A stretch of DNA of 64,000 nt. Origin: Deltaproteobacteria bacterium RBG_16_49_23. GTDB lineage: Bacteria; Desulfobacterota; BSN033; UBA1163. The notes below the pieces were generated by a model. The model was not told where the DNA came from and did not search any database. It saw nothing but the letters and a program-made list of their open reading frames with translations. Positions within the stretch are counted from its first letter, which is position 1, and every line of letters starts with the position of its first letter. The stretch is from NCBI GenBank assembly GCA_001798855.1, contig MGQQ01000025.1, positions 1,740 through 65,739 on the forward strand. The letters run 5' to 3'. Below are positions 62,565 through 64,000 of the stretch, piece after piece. Both the position numbers and the translations under genes were made by a program.

Positions 62565-63563
62565 TCACCCCCAGTATTCCACCTTGTGTTTTCGGTAGAA
62601 TTCAATCGTCCTTCGGAGCCCTTCTTCCAGGCCGATCCTCGGCGTCCAACCGACCACGCCCTTGATTTTGGAGATATCGGTATAATAGTCTCCCGGCTCC
62701 ACCTCTTTCCGTTCCCGTGTGAATTCCGTAAAGGCAACCTTCCCACTCCCAGCAACCTCCACAATCTTCCTGGCCAGATCGATGAAACTGAAGGGGATGC
62801 CTGTCCCTACATTAAAGACTTCCCCATAAGCCGCCGGACAGGCGGCTACCTGAAGAAAACAGCCAACGAGATCGTCCACATAAAGAAAGTCTCTTAATAT
62901 ATGACCCTCCCCGAAAACAGGAAGGGCCTCATCGTCGATGGCCTTCCGGATAAACCAGTTCAGCACGCCATATTCATCGTGAGCCATCTGATGGCGGGGT
63001 CCGTAGGTGTTGGTAATCCTTAGACAGGTTCCCGGAATCTTATGGACATCGTGATAGACCAGAACCATCTTTTCCGCAGAGAGGTTGGTCACCGCATAGA
63101 TGCCTTTTGGATTGGTGGGATGGTCTTCTCCAACCGGAAGTTTAACACTGGCCCCGTATTCCCCTCTTGTCCCCGAAAAGATGACCTTCACCTCCCGGTT
63201 ATATTTACGGCACGATTCGAGAAGGACGAGTGTTCCCCGGCAGTTGATATCCAGATCTTGAATGGGATTCCGGATGCTATCCACATGGTTCACCTGACCG
63301 GCCAAATGAAAGATGAAATCCTGATCTTTCACCAGATAGTCCATTGAGTGTTCATCCCGGACATCGCTGAAGTTGACCTGAATGTGATCCATGATCTCCT
63401 TCACATTAAAAAGATTTCCTCCCAGCCTGGGCATCATATTATCAACGACTGTTACCTTCGCTCCCAACCCCACTAACCGGGCGGAGAGGTTCGATCCGAT
63501 GAAACCCAATCCCCCCGTCACCAGCGCCCTCTTTCCCTGAAAGGCATTCTCATTGAGGGCCAT
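62565..63563 (-). CDS. NAD-dependent epimerase/dehydratase (UDP-glucuronate decarboxylase/4-epimerase-like extended SDR)
   Basis: ALVTGGLGFIGSNLSARL; 332 aa. Confidence 0.7.
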   Translation of the reverse strand: MALNENAFQGKRALVTGGLGFIGSNLSARLVGLGAKVTVVDNMMPRLGGNLFNVKEIMDHIQVNFSDVRDEHSMDYLVKDQDFIFHLAGQVNHVDSIRNPIQDLDINCRGTLVLLESCRKYNREVKVIFSGTRGEYGASVKLPVGEDHPTNPKGIYAVTNLSAEKMVLVYHDVHKIPGTCLRITNTYGPRHQMAHDEYGVLNWFIRKAIDDEALPVFGEGHILRDFLYVDDLVGCFLQVAACPAAYGEVFNVGTGIPFSFIDLARKIVEVAGSGKVAFTEFTRERKEVEPGDYYTDISKIKGVVGWTPRIGLEEGLRRTIEFYRKHKVEYWG

Positions 63564-63595
63564 TTTTCTTCTCCTTTTTAGTATTTTGTATCACT

Positions 63596-64000
63596 TTAGC
63601 CTTTTGACACACTATTCAATCCCCCTTTATCCCCCTTTTCCAAAGGGGGAATCACATTTTGGGCAGGAATCTCCTCCCTTTGGAAAAGGGAGGCCGGGAG
63701 GGATTTAATTGAGTTTTTCAACTCCCAGAGCTTGGCGTATTTGATAAAGACATAGAACATCGTCGAAACGGCGATGATCAATCCCGGCAACCCATCCCGA
63801 AATCCGGACTTAAAAAGATACTCCTTGATAAACCGAAAAGGCGGGTGGAAGAGGAGTTTGAAGAGACTGAACTTCTCTCCATTCTGGGCCATGTCTTCGG
63901 CGGCAATCCGGGAATATTTATCGATCGTCTGAATCTGATCCGAAATGTCCCGGTAGGTGTAGTGGAGATACTGATTCTTTAAAGTGGATACTTCCCCATC
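63596..64000 (-). CDS. Glycosyltransferase family 2 (WaaE/KdtX-like), C-terminal part only; continues beyond window; last ~35 codons read through a repeat
   Basis: YLHYTYRDISDQIQTIDKYSRIAAEDMAQNGEKFSLFKLLFHPPFRFIKEYLFKSGFRDGLPGLIIAVSTMFYVFIKYAKLWE is a typical GT2 C-terminus. Confidence 0.7.
   Translation of the reverse strand, partial: DGEVSTLKNQYLHYTYRDISDQIQTIDKYSRIAAEDMAQNGEKFSLFKLLFHPPFRFIKEYLFKSGFRDGLPGLIIAVSTMFYVFIKYAKLWELKNSIKSLPASLFQREEIPAQNVIPPLEKGDKGGLNSVSKG
63610..63715. repeat. Palindromic repeat family member N (ccccctttatcccccttttccaaaggggg .. ctccctttggaaaagggagg)
   Basis: Two consecutive dyads of the family. Confidence 0.7.

Overview
The window is a chromosomal segment from a Gram-negative (diderm) bacterium with moderate GC; I cannot determine the lineage from sequence alone. 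About 90% of the genes lie on the minus strand.

Layout:
(i) 1-3890: the 5' two-thirds of a secreted RHS/YD-repeat polymorphic-toxin gene, truncated at the window edge; its C-terminal toxin tip lies off-window.
(ii) 4.7-33.3 kb: housekeeping core. This holds an orphan B12-radical-SAM gene, topA-dprA, a LysM protein, a racemase-like gene with a TAXI-TRAP transporter, murJ, rpsT, holA, an rlmL-like methyltransferase, the complete EF-P beta-lysylation module (epmB / epmA-efp), lptE, leuS, argG-argD-argB, and hslU-hslV-xerC.
(iii) A dodecin gene in an AT-rich islet.
(iv) 34-64 kb: a tightly packed, almost unidirectional accessory glycan (LPS/EPS-type) locus of about 30 genes that runs off the window end. 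It contains hldE(kinase), WbpP-like and GalE epimerases, a GT2+DUF2304 pair, a B12-radical-SAM with two SAM-methyltransferases and a split Alg14/Alg13-like GT, GT2s, a DUF3473 deacetylase, a FemAB/GNAT-like protein, a Wzx flippase, an ArnT/PMT-like GT-C, wecB, a WbpD-like LbH acetyltransferase with a Zn-ribbon tail, a WbpB-like oxidoreductase, a tandem Kdo/WaaP-kinase didomain protein, four GT4s, five methyltransferases in total including FkbM, a DegT aminotransferase and a UXS-like SDR.

The most unusual non-coding signals:
(a) A modular palindromic repeat family (CCCTCCCTTT-N-AAAGGGAGG and CCCCCTTTTGACAAAGGGGGATGAAGGGGGATTAGAT modules) occupies nearly every intergenic region, with at least 16 copies. 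Two near-identical ~170-bp copies flank lptE.
(b) A second class of spacer-specific low-complexity dyad-symmetric tandem words (ccaat/attgg, tcaatggtcaat, tgatcaatga, ggaatgcggattgcgg, atttcagattgaaat) sits in the short spacers between co-oriented genes. One copy is embedded in-frame in wecB.

I found no rRNA, tRNA, CRISPR, IS or transposase. The best candidate for an undescribed system is the AT-rich B12-rSAM/methyltransferase/split-GT sub-cluster and the heavily methylating glycan locus around it; the intergenic repeat families are also worth a look.
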